DNA from: Candidatus Melainabacteria bacterium 17Bon1m
Lineage (GTDB): Bacteria; Cyanobacteriota; Vampirovibrionia; Obscuribacterales; Obscuribacteraceae
NCBI GenBank assembly: GCA_032128875.1
Contig: JAVLKG010000005.1
Span: forward strand, 448,001-512,000
Length of the DNA stretch: 64,000 nt
Reading direction: 5' to 3'
Of the stretch, positions 1-9,107 are shown piece after piece. Position 1 is the first letter of the stretch, and every line of letters starts with the position of its first letter. The notes under the pieces are model-generated. The model did no database searches. It was not told the DNA's origin and saw only the letters and a program-made list of their open reading frames with translations. The position numbers were made by a program, and so were the translations under genes.

Positions 1-109
1 GACTCGACAATCGTGTTGGGCATTTTTCAAACTGCTCACATAACCAAACGGTTGACCCTTGCCTCGTTCGGCATAGTCCAAGCGCTAATTGTATGTGCCT
101 TTTGACAAT

Positions 110-1336
110 TTAGGCAGTTGAATTTTTTTCTATGTAAGGACTCGGAAGCAAGTTCCGAATCCCCGCAGCAAACGCACTTTCTGCAAATCGCTCTTGCCGT
201 AGCCGCTGGAAGTTAGCCGTTAAGTCCTTATTCTGACCCGCATCCAAAAGCGTTTTTAGCGCAGGAATGAACAAATTTTCACTAAGTGATTCGAGGGTGA
301 TGCCCAGTGAAAATTCTCTCATCGTGTCTTCTATCAAAGACGGCTTTAGCGCTCTAACAAGAAGCGGTCGCTCGGCCTCGATGTATGTAGGAAAATCATC
401 AGGAAGGCAGAGAAGTGATCGCCTGGCTTGACCCTTTTCGCTTACGAAAGGCAGAAAATTGAGAGTGCATTCTTTAAGCGCAACAACTGTTTCTGACCGC
501 GATAGTCCGCCCAGTATTTCAATTTCAGCTGGTTTTCCGCCAAATTTAAATGGTAAGCAGGCTATTGAACCGAGCAATCTAAGAGAAATCCGTTTTTCTT
601 CCGTCTGCCAGTTAATGGCCTGACATGCCTCGATTAAGGCTTGCGTACCTTCCATAAATTTGGGATTGATCAAAGAACCAATAACAATTTCACCTCGCTT
701 TTCTTTCGAAGCTATAGTTGGCACAAGTGGGTCTGGCTGCGCAGGAAGAGGGATTTCAATTCCGTTAACCGAGTGTTTTTCACTGTAGTAGTTTGCCATC
801 GGCAGCGAAGCAAATCCTGCCGACTGTGCAGATTTGAGCACCTCTACAAATTCTCTGCCTATCTGATTGCAACTCTGTGAGTCATAACCTTCTTCCTGTA
901 AGACGACATCCGGAAGCGACGCAGTAAACGTGGAATACCGAATCTTCAAGGCGTCAGCAACTTTGCGTGTCAGCCAAATATTTGCTGGATGGTCGAGCAC
1001 TGAAACGAGGTAACTAACTTGATTTTTCGCGGCGAATGACGCAATTTCTTCAACATACTTTTCCAGCTTCTTGAAGAACCTTTGTCGGAAAAGCCAATAA
1101 ATTGTTTGCTCCGCTTTTGAAATATTCATAGATCTATTGATTGTCGGCGCACCGGGCAACGGCAATCTCAACACTTTGAATTGCGATATCGCATTTTCTT
1201 GGGCGGGGCTAATTAGGACAATCGCTGCGCGGTCGGGCCCGAGATGCTCCGTTAGACACCGCATGAATCTGCGACCTGTCGCTGCATCGCCAGGCATGAA
1301 TGGGCTGAGTATTAGTATTTTGTCGCCGTCAGTCAA
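110..1336 (-). CDS. GT-B (GT4-like) glycosyltransferase-fold protein, probably degenerate; tandem paralog of 1365..2612
   Basis: 408 aa ORF. Segments KILILSPFMPGDAATG and LKECTLNFLPF...LPDDFPTYIEAERPLL align by eye with the neighbour's KTLIISATPPGKAGTG and LSKCDFAYLPY...FPDKLGTYLTSGVPVL. Confidence 0.65.
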   Translation of the reverse strand: MTDGDKILILSPFMPGDAATGRRFMRCLTEHLGPDRAAIVLISPAQENAISQFKVLRLPLPGAPTINRSMNISKAEQTIYWLFRQRFFKKLEKYVEEIASFAAKNQVSYLVSVLDHPANIWLTRKVADALKIRYSTFTASLPDVVLQEEGYDSQSCNQIGREFVEVLKSAQSAGFASLPMANYYSEKHSVNGIEIPLPAQPDPLVPTIASKEKRGEIVIGSLINPKFMEGTQALIEACQAINWQTEEKRISLRLLGSIACLPFKFGGKPAEIEILGGLSRSETVVALKECTLNFLPFVSEKGQARRSLLCLPDDFPTYIEAERPLLVRALKPSLIEDTMREFSLGITLESLSENLFIPALKTLLDAGQNKDLTANFQRLRQERFAESAFAAGIRNLLPSPYIEKNSTA

Positions 1337-1364
1337 AGGCGAAACCTATCCTTGAGTTTGCCAA

Positions 1365-2612
1365 TTATAGAGGGTGGTTTAATTCATCGGCAGGCACGTC
1401 GAGTAGTTTGGCGATCTGAGTGCGAAACGCCACCAGAGAATATTCAGACTCGAGTGCTTGATTTCGAGCTTGCCATGCGAGGTTGCGAAATTCCAAATCC
1501 GTAACTAGCCGAGAAATAGAATCAAGAATGTCTCTATGTTCCAGGCTGTGGCAAGTTAGACCAATGGGGTATTTCGCAAAGAAGTCTGTGGGGGTAGAAG
1601 CTCTCGGTCCGTGAAAGAGCACCGGCACGCCACTAGTCAGATAGGTACCCAGCTTGTCGGGAAAACATGTGCGAACTGATAAAGCGCGCGATTCATCGAA
1701 CCAGTAAGGCAGATAGGCGAAGTCGCATTTCGACAGCTCTTCAACTACAGACTCTTGATCTCGAAAACCTAACAATTGAATCGAAGAGTGTTGTTGGTCG
1801 AACTGCGCTGGAATGTAGAAATAGTTGGAGAGAACCTTCAGTGTGACTTGCTTTCCCGCCACTTTCCACTGCACCGAAGATAGTGCTTCGAAAAGTGATT
1901 TAAACTCATCTTGCGCGTAAAGACTGCCACTGAATCCGATGACAATTTGGCGGTCATTTTGCTCAGGAGCAAGACTGCGCTCCTTCTTTGTATCCGTATC
2001 TCGGACCGGGCGAATAAGAGTGATACCTTCGACCGCATAGCGAGCTTTGTACTCGGTGCTCATGCCATCAGACGCAACTGCCAGTGTTTTCGCGCGTTTG
2101 ACGCATGCAGCAAACTGAGACATAACTTTCTCTTTGGTGCTCTCATCAAATTGCAGAAGTTGCATTGTTGTTTCATGAGGGTCCCAAGCCAGGCAGATCA
2201 ATTCCGCATCCAGCGCCTTAGCGACTGCTTCTGCAATTACGGTTACAGTTGGACTGGCCAGCACAGCAAACACTTGTTTGCATCCCTGCTGCTTGCCAAA
2301 TTCGATTGCGCGCTGTTTAACCAATTCAACCTCGCGCCAGTAGTTTTGCCGTTTTTTGCGCAGCGAGATCTCTTTTAGTATTGGTAATTTGCTGGATGGT
2401 CTTAGCAGTTCTGTGGGCAGTTTTACTCGCTTTATACTCATGTCTTTGATGTCATTTGTGTCGCCGGGAAGCGCATAGTTCAATGATTCAAGGACGAAAA
2501 AAGATATTGTATCTTTTGGAAACGCAAGACAAATTTCGCGCAACAGTGCTTCGCCTGTTCCGGCTTTGCCCGGTGGAGTGGCTGAAATTATCAGTGTTTT
2601 TGGAATAGGCAT
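1365..2612 (-). CDS. GT4-like glycosyltransferase
   Basis: C-terminal Rossmann motifs IGFSGSLY and FPDKLGTYLTSGVPVL. Start moved to ATG at 2612 (MPIPK) because the longer ORF (2699) overlaps the upstream gene. Confidence 0.75.
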   Translation of the reverse strand: MPIPKTLIISATPPGKAGTGEALLREICLAFPKDTISFFVLESLNYALPGDTNDIKDMSIKRVKLPTELLRPSSKLPILKEISLRKKRQNYWREVELVKQRAIEFGKQQGCKQVFAVLASPTVTVIAEAVAKALDAELICLAWDPHETTMQLLQFDESTKEKVMSQFAACVKRAKTLAVASDGMSTEYKARYAVEGITLIRPVRDTDTKKERSLAPEQNDRQIVIGFSGSLYAQDEFKSLFEALSSVQWKVAGKQVTLKVLSNYFYIPAQFDQQHSSIQLLGFRDQESVVEELSKCDFAYLPYWFDESRALSVRTCFPDKLGTYLTSGVPVLFHGPRASTPTDFFAKYPIGLTCHSLEHRDILDSISRLVTDLEFRNLAWQARNQALESEYSLVAFRTQIAKLLDVPADELNHPL

Positions 2613-2661
2613 TAATGAGGCGGCATCAAGCGTTTCATCAAGCTGCCTCCATAACAGGGCA

Positions 2662-3792
2662 TTACTTCTGCCAATAAACCGCCGCACCATCAACTTCAAT
2701 GAGAGGTGCTTCTATTTTTCGCTCGTACCTAAAATCTATAATTGCCTTTTTGCAGGTTTCTAATAAATAGTCATCAACAATTACAAATCCATTTTCGGAA
2801 ACCTTGTCGTACAAGGCGTTTAGTGCGTCCATTGTTGATTCGTAAAGGTCGCCATCCAATCTCAAAATAGCTAGTCTTTTGATCGGCGCCACTGGCAGCG
2901 TGTCTTTGAACCAACCTTTTAGGAAGTGCACTTGATCGTCTAAAAGTCCAAATTTCTCAAAGTTCTGTTTCACTGTCTCAATTGAAACGGCCAATTCTTT
3001 CAGAGTCCAGTGGGGATCTCCTTTGTCAGCCGGATACTTTTCTGCATCGGGTTTTGGTAAACCTTCGAACGAGTCAGCAACCCAGATTTTTCTGTCATTT
3101 TGCAAGTAAGCACGACATATTGCTCGCATGTAGATACACGCACCACCACGCCAAACTCCAGTTTCTATAAAGTCCCCAGGTATGTTTTGCTTTATCACTT
3201 TCTCGCAAAGAAACCTGAGATTAGCCATTCTGGCGCGCCCGATCATTGTCACTGCCTCAGAAGGCCAATCCCAACCAATTTCTCTCAAGTCAGGGTTGAA
3301 ATCATCTGAAGAGCCAACCTGTAGTGGTTTGTCTCGATACAAGAGACCTACCAGAGCCTTTTCTAGAAGGTCTAAATAGAGTTTGGTGGAAGTGCTATCA
3401 AAACCTTGTGCCTCAGAATCTCCAACCTTCAAATGCTCGAGTTTTGAGTCAATGGCATACTCCATTGTCGAAAGCTTACCTAGCACTCGTGCAAAACTTT
3501 GCCCGACTTGCTGTTTGAGGTGAGCAACCTCTCCTCTCAATAATTCTCGCTCTCTGGTGAGAGTGGCATTATCTGCGCGAAGCTCACGACACTCAGCTTT
3601 TGCGAGTTCAAGCTTCTCTTGAAGATCTTTGATTTGACCAATGATACTGTCGTATCGGTTTCGAATCGCCGGGATTGAGAGCGCGACCGAACGTACAAGA
3701 GTTTTCGTCACATCAAACCCCTTTGAATTACCGGACCTAGACTCCTGAATCGGTATGTTAAAACCTTCTACGCCGGTTTGTATTTCATTCAA
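2662..3792 (-). CDS. TylF/MycF/NovP-family sugar O-methyltransferase with N-terminal coiled coil
   Basis: Motifs GDFIETGVWRGG, DSFEGLP, KGWFKDTLP, LRLDGDLYESTMDAL, VDDY. Heptad-like N-terminal segment QIKDLQEKLELAKAECRELRADNATLTRERELLRGEVAHLKQQ. Confidence 0.92.
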   Translation of the reverse strand: MNEIQTGVEGFNIPIQESRSGNSKGFDVTKTLVRSVALSIPAIRNRYDSIIGQIKDLQEKLELAKAECRELRADNATLTRERELLRGEVAHLKQQVGQSFARVLGKLSTMEYAIDSKLEHLKVGDSEAQGFDSTSTKLYLDLLEKALVGLLYRDKPLQVGSSDDFNPDLREIGWDWPSEAVTMIGRARMANLRFLCEKVIKQNIPGDFIETGVWRGGACIYMRAICRAYLQNDRKIWVADSFEGLPKPDAEKYPADKGDPHWTLKELAVSIETVKQNFEKFGLLDDQVHFLKGWFKDTLPVAPIKRLAILRLDGDLYESTMDALNALYDKVSENGFVIVDDYLLETCKKAIIDFRYERKIEAPLIEVDGAAVYWQK

Positions 3793-3967
3793 TTAATATG
3801 CCAACTGCGGACCAGTGGTCATTCTGCTAAGTTTTTAGCCTTTGAATTGCCAAAAGGGATTTTGCAGTTCGCGACATCACGATCATTCGGTATACCATTT
3901 CCTATCTCATTGCTTGGCTACCGTATATGCGTTTGATGTAATCAGCGCAGCCGCGTACGTCAAGCCT

Positions 3968-3984
3968 CGGTTAAGTCTTAGTAA
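3968..3984 (+). promoter_or_regulatory. Putative transcription-factor site, copy 1 (CGGTTAAGTCTTAGTAA)
   Basis: 16/17 match to 20222..20238. Both copies are in divergent intergenic regions, ~80-90 bp upstream of a sugar-nucleotide gene. Confidence 0.45.
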
Positions 3985-4074
3985 GGGTATTGTCATGAGC
4001 CCCTTTTCAGCTCTTTTCAGATTACTCTTCTATGGCAATATTGAAGTAGTCAATAGACGAGGTCACGCTTCTCA

Positions 4075-5454
4075 ATGGGTTCCGGTAACAAGCTATTCGG
4101 TGCATACGACATCCGCGGCACATACGGTCAGGCACTCAACGAAGATTTTGCCTTCAAGCTCGGTAGAGCATTTGGGCGATTTCTCTCTCCTGTCGAGCGT
4201 TTACGGGTTTTGGTCGGTCACGATAGCCGTACACACTCTCCTGGGTTGGCCGAAGCGCTGACCGCCGGTTTGACGACCGCTGGGCATGACGTTGTTAACC
4301 TGTCTGTTGCTTCCACCCCGATGATCGCCTGGTTTGGAGCCACCAACGGCTTTGACGCGAGCATCGCTGTTACAGCCAGCCACCTGGGCAAGGAGCACAA
4401 TGGCTTCAAGCTTTACACGGGCAAGGCCAACCCCATCGGTGCCGGCAACGGGCTCAAGGAAATAGAGAAGATATTGAACGAACTGGAGCCGGTCAACGGC
4501 AAGAAACCCGGTTCGGTTTCCCAGATTGATGGAGTCCAACAATACATCGAGTACTTAACGTCGATGCTGGCGCCTCACCGCCGTTTGAAAGTGGCAATTG
4601 ACGTTGGGCACGGCGCTGCTGCTCCTGAAGTCACAGAACTGCTTAGAGCTTGCAAGAGCGTTGATTTTATTGCCCTTGCTTGCAGTGTAGATGGAGAGTT
4701 TCCAGCCCGTTCGCCAAATCCCCTCGATGAAGGCGCTCTTGCTGAATTGTCGAAGCTGGTCGTCGATGAGAAGTGCGACTTCGGTGTTGCGTTCGACGGC
4801 GACGCCGACAGGGCTATTTTCGTTGACGAAAAGGGCACAATGATCGCTACCGATCTAATGATCGGTTTGGTAGGCGCTCATCTGATCGAGAACAAAGGTG
4901 CCGGCACTGTTGTGTTCGATCTTCGCGCCAGCCGTTCTGTTGGCGAACATATTGAAAGCCTGGGCGGAAAAGCCGTGCGTACCGGCGTCGGTACTATGTT
5001 TATCAAAAACAACATGGTCGAACATAAGGCAATTTTTGCCGGAGAGCTTTCTGGCCACTACTACTACGGCGACATGTATGACAGCGATAATGCCATGCGC
5101 ACGTTGATTGAAGTCATCAATCTTGTATCGCGTAAGGGACATCCGCTTTCCGCACATATAGAGCCGCTTTCTCGCTATTCTTCTAGTGGCGAAATCAATT
5201 TGCGCGTGGCCGGAATCGAGCAAGTTTTGCGCCATCTTGATGAAGCCATCACAGGTGGTGCCAAAGACCATATCGATGGTTTGTCGGTAAACTTTCCGCA
5301 GTGGTGGTTTGCAGCTCGTGGTTCTCAAACTGAGCCGGTCTTGAGGCTGACTGTCGGAGCCGTTAACCGAGAGATTTTGGAAGAACAGACTAAACATTTG
5401 ATTGGAGTTATCAATCAAGTGAAAGTGCCTGTCGTAACTTCCGACTGCAATTAG
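4075..5454 (+). CDS. manB: Phosphomannomutase/phosphoglucomutase
   Basis: AYDIRG N-terminus, TASH catalytic Ser loop, FDGDADR metal loop, GELSGH sugar loop, R-x-S-x-TEPVLR. Confidence 0.9.
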   Translation: MGSGNKLFGAYDIRGTYGQALNEDFAFKLGRAFGRFLSPVERLRVLVGHDSRTHSPGLAEALTAGLTTAGHDVVNLSVASTPMIAWFGATNGFDASIAVTASHLGKEHNGFKLYTGKANPIGAGNGLKEIEKILNELEPVNGKKPGSVSQIDGVQQYIEYLTSMLAPHRRLKVAIDVGHGAAAPEVTELLRACKSVDFIALACSVDGEFPARSPNPLDEGALAELSKLVVDEKCDFGVAFDGDADRAIFVDEKGTMIATDLMIGLVGAHLIENKGAGTVVFDLRASRSVGEHIESLGGKAVRTGVGTMFIKNNMVEHKAIFAGELSGHYYYGDMYDSDNAMRTLIEVINLVSRKGHPLSAHIEPLSRYSSSGEINLRVAGIEQVLRHLDEAITGGAKDHIDGLSVNFPQWWFAARGSQTEPVLRLTVGAVNREILEEQTKHLIGVINQVKVPVVTSDCN

Positions 5455-5666
5455 AAAAGATGACCCTCGAACATTTAACCGACTTCACCTGAAGCTCGGC
5501 AGTCTTTGTTTGAAATTATTTTAAGACGCGCGACGCTACCGCCTGTCGTGCTTTTCAGGCTGTTGCACAAGGTTCCTAAGTGCCTCTAACTAAACTTGCC
5601 AACAAGTACTTTAGAATCCTCATTTAACGGAAATTCCGACTAAACAAAGGCAACTCATAGGCATAT

Positions 5667-8600
5667 ATGCCTCGTCGCACGGATATCTCTAAAATCCTCA
5701 TCATTGGCTCCGGTCCTATCCGCATAGGTCAAGCTTGCGAGTTTGACTATTCCGGAACCCAGGCGTGCCAGGCGCTCCGCCAGGAGGGCTTTGAGGTCGT
5801 TCTGGTCAATTCCAACCCGGCGACCATCATGACCGACCCAGAAGTCGCTCAGCGGACTTATATAGAACCTTTGACCACAGAATTTGTGGAAGCGGTAATT
5901 GCACGCGAACGTCCGCAAGCGTTACTGCCGACAATGGGCGGGCAAACGGCTTTGAACATTGCGGTGAATTTGCACGACCAAGGCATTCTTCAGCGCTACG
6001 GTGTTGAACTAATCGGCGCAACTATGGAAGCGATCAATGTCGCTGAGGACAGGGCTCTTTTCCGCAGCAAGATGATAGAAATCGGCGAACCTGTGCCGCG
6101 TTCATTCATTGCGCATTCGCTAGAAGAAGTCGAAGAACACAAAGACGAGATCCCTTTGCCTTGCATCATTCGTCCTGCTTTTACTCTCGGTGGCACCGGC
6201 AGTGGTGCGGCTGACACTTACGAACAATTAGTGGCGGCCTGCCGCATCGGTTTGGCTGCAAGCCCTGTCAGTGAAGTTCTTATCGAAGAAAGCGTTTACG
6301 GCTGGAAGGAAATGGAACTCGAGGTCGTACGCGATAAGAAGGATAACTTCATCGTCGTTTGCGGCATAGAAAACCTCGATCCGATGGGCGTTCACACCGG
6401 CGATTCGATTACCGTCGCGCCGATACAAACGCTTAGCGATCGCGAGTATCAAAAGCTTAGAGATGCCGCAGCGAAGATTATCAGAGCGATTGGAGTCGAT
6501 TGTGGTGGTTCCAATATTCAATTCGCCGTCAACCCGGTGAATGGTGATTACATCGTCATCGAGATGAATCCGCGCGTGTCGCGTTCGTCCGCACTGGCAA
6601 GTAAGGCGACGGGCTATTCCATTGCTAAAGTAGCTGCGAAGCTCGCAGTCGGCTTTACGCTTGATGAACTCAAGAATGAAGTGGCCGGAATTTCAGCTTG
6701 TTTTGAGCCATCAATTGATTATGTGGTGACCAAAATCCCTCGCTTCAATTTCGATAAGTTCTACGGTGCAAAAGATGGTCTAGGTACTGAGATGCGCTCG
6801 GTGGGCGAGGTTATGGCGGTCGGTACTACTTTTGCCGAATCCATGCATAAGGCTCTGAGAAGTTTGGAACTCAATCTGGCTGGATTTACCGAAACGCCTG
6901 GACGTGCCGCAGCTACTCGTGAGCTATTGACCCAGAGACTGGCGACTCCGTCGCGCTATCGTCTCACCGATATCGCCACTGCTTATGCCCAGGGGTGGTC
7001 GGTTGAGGATGTGCAAAAGGTCTCGAAAATAGATCCGTGGTTTCTCCATAATTTGAAAGAAATTTGCGACAACGAGCGCGGTGCGCGAGCCGTAATTGCA
7101 AAAATCATTGAGAATTTCGGTGTCAAAGCACTCTTCCGCGAGTTTGAAGCGGGCTTGCTTTTGCGTCTCAAGCGCGAGTTCTTCAGCGATGCTCAAATTG
7201 CATCATTTATCAATTCGGCAGTTGGGCGTGAAGTTGCCACTGAAGGTGCCATTTACGCTTTTCGCCAACGCCTCGATTTGCGCCCGGTGTATAAGGCCAT
7301 CGACACTTGCGCCGGCGAGTTTCCCACTCAAACGAATTACTTGTACTCGACATTTGCTCCGGCTCGAGAAGAATACAAAGCTGACGACTCCCAGAAAGTG
7401 ATCATCCTGGGCAGTGGCCCGAATCGCATCGGACAAGCCATCGAGTTTGACTACTGCTGCGTTCAAGCCAGCTTGGCTATAAAAGAGCAAGGCAAGAAGT
7501 CGATCATTGTTAATTGCAATCCTGAAACAGTCTCAACAGACTACGATGTTTCTGATGTTCTCTACTTTGAGCCGCTGACTCTTGAATCAGTGAGCAATAT
7601 TCTTGCCGTAGAAAAGCCGCTTGGAGTGATTGTGCAATTCGGTGGACAAACGCCGCTCAATCTTGCCGAGAAGCTGGAAGCCCGTGGATTCAAGATTTTG
7701 GGAACTTCGGTGAAAGCAATCAAGCTTGCCGAAGATCGCTCCAGTTTTAGAACAGTTTTGTCCGAGCTGGGCATCAGGCAGCCGGAAGGCGCCATTGTTC
7801 ATACCCGTGACGAGGCGCTGAAAGCTGCACGCTTGTTGGGCTTCCCTGTTCTGCTACGACCGAGCTTTGTTCTTGGTGGAAAAGCGATGCACATTGCTCG
7901 CTCTTCGGACCACTTGCTCGAATTGATTGATTCTATTTTTGCGGCGTCGCCGGATCAGCCACTTTTGATCGATCGCTTTTTACAGCATGCTGTTGAAGTT
8001 GACGTTGATGCACTTTCAGATGGCGAGACGACTATCGTAGCCGGCATAATGGAGCACATCGAAGAAGCCGGAGTTCACTCCGGAGACAGTTCGTGCGTGC
8101 TGCCTTCGGTGTCTTTGTCCGAAGAATCAAAATCTCGCATTGTCGCTGCTACCGAAGCAATTGCTGAAAAACTGTCCGTCAAAGGTTTGATGAACGTTCA
8201 GTACGCTATCAAAGACGGTGAGCTTTACGTGCTTGAGGTAAACCCGCGTGCCTCGCGCACTGTTCCATTCGTTTCAAAAGCAACCGGAGTATCGTGGGCA
8301 AAGTTGGCGACCCGAGTGATCATGGGTGAAAAGTTGAGCGACTTGAAGCCGCTTATTCAGCCGGTCGACAATGGTTATGCCGTTAAGTCTGTCGTCATTC
8401 CTTTTGAGCGATTTGTCGATGCACAAGTTTGCCTCGGTCCTGAGATGCGCTCAACCGGTGAGGTTATGGGCCAGGGGGCGAGCTTCGAGGAGGCTTATGC
8501 CCGCGCGCAAATCGCGTCAGGAAAAGCCTTGCCAGTCAATGGACCGGTTCTTATTGCTGCCTCGGAGCATTTGATTGGTGAGGCGCTAAGTGTTGTTGAT

Positions 8601-8993
8601 GTTTTCCGGCGGCATGGCACCGAAGTGATTGTCACTTCCGAGGTTGCTGATTCATTCGATCCCATGAATGCTGATGCGGAAATTATTGATTTGACCAATT
8701 GGCGCATAGAGGACATAGCTGCCTGGATGAAGAAGGCTAACGTCAAACGCGTGGTCAGTTTGTCACCTTTCGACAAACTCTGTCCTGTTCAGGCGAAAGT
8801 TCGAAGAGCTGCCGTGGGACAGGCGATTCCATTGAGCATGACCACCAGAGATGCAATTGGTGTTAGCCAGGCAACAATGACGGTCTCGAAAATGAGTTTG
8901 CAGTTGAAAGCGATTCAAGAGCGCCGTGCTGCGGCTCCTCAGCCTCAATTCGCGGGCGCACCGGCAGCGCCGGTTGGCCAATTTACTATTTGA
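5667..8993 (+). CDS. carB: Carbamoyl-phosphate synthase large subunit
   Basis: [40 protein letters not shown], second ATP-grasp [36 protein letters not shown]. The C-terminal allosteric domain is diverged. Confidence 0.97.
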   Translation: MPRRTDISKILIIGSGPIRIGQACEFDYSGTQACQALRQEGFEVVLVNSNPATIMTDPEVAQRTYIEPLTTEFVEAVIARERPQALLPTMGGQTALNIAVNLHDQGILQRYGVELIGATMEAINVAEDRALFRSKMIEIGEPVPRSFIAHSLEEVEEHKDEIPLPCIIRPAFTLGGTGSGAADTYEQLVAACRIGLAASPVSEVLIEESVYGWKEMELEVVRDKKDNFIVVCGIENLDPMGVHTGDSITVAPIQTLSDREYQKLRDAAAKIIRAIGVDCGGSNIQFAVNPVNGDYIVIEMNPRVSRSSALASKATGYSIAKVAAKLAVGFTLDELKNEVAGISACFEPSIDYVVTKIPRFNFDKFYGAKDGLGTEMRSVGEVMAVGTTFAESMHKALRSLELNLAGFTETPGRAAATRELLTQRLATPSRYRLTDIATAYAQGWSVEDVQKVSKIDPWFLHNLKEICDNERGARAVIAKIIENFGVKALFREFEAGLLLRLKREFFSDAQIASFINSAVGREVATEGAIYAFRQRLDLRPVYKAIDTCAGEFPTQTNYLYSTFAPAREEYKADDSQKVIILGSGPNRIGQAIEFDYCCVQASLAIKEQGKKSIIVNCNPETVSTDYDVSDVLYFEPLTLESVSNILAVEKPLGVIVQFGGQTPLNLAEKLEARGFKILGTSVKAIKLAEDRSSFRTVLSELGIRQPEGAIVHTRDEALKAARLLGFPVLLRPSFVLGGKAMHIARSSDHLLELIDSIFAASPDQPLLIDRFLQHAVEVDVDALSDGETTIVAGIMEHIEEAGVHSGDSSCVLPSVSLSEESKSRIVAATEAIAEKLSVKGLMNVQYAIKDGELYVLEVNPRASRTVPFVSKATGVSWAKLATRVIMGEKLSDLKPLIQPVDNGYAVKSVVIPFERFVDAQVCLGPEMRSTGEVMGQGASFEEAYARAQIASGKALPVNGPVLIAASEHLIGEALSVVDVFRRHGTEVIVTSEVADSFDPMNADAEIIDLTNWRIEDIAAWMKKANVKRVVSLSPFDKLCPVQAKVRRAAVGQAIPLSMTTRDAIGVSQATMTVSKMSLQLKAIQERRAAAPQPQFAGAPAAPVGQFTI

Positions 8994-9014
8994 AAAATTT
9001 AACCGCCTTTCAAC

Positions 9015-9060
9015 CTGATATTTCAGTCAGGACTAGAGGTTGGCCTAAGGCTTATCATTG
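9015..9060 (+). promoter_or_regulatory. Putative promoter/operator element, copy 1, upstream of the carbamoyltransferase
   Basis: CTGATATTTCAGTCAGGACTA-N4-TTGGC..AAGG..TATCATTG; near-identical copy at 31148..31192. TATCAT is -10-like. Confidence 0.55.
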
Positions 9061-9107
9061 TGCCGGCGGCTTTCTTGCCGTCTTGCCACTAATCGGAAGG
9101 CGATAAC

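Noticed and set aside
1-23. Possible start of another minus-strand gene (ATG at 23, MPNTIVE...)
   Set aside because: Only 7 codons are visible at the window edge, too little to support a call.
3842-4261. 139-aa ORF spanning the divergent intergenic region
   Set aside because: Overlaps manB out of frame, covers the probable promoter region and has atypical composition.
4366-4392. PMM catalytic loop reads TASHLG rather than TASHNP
   Set aside because: The catalytic Ser-His and all other motifs are intact, so this is likely ordinary variation.
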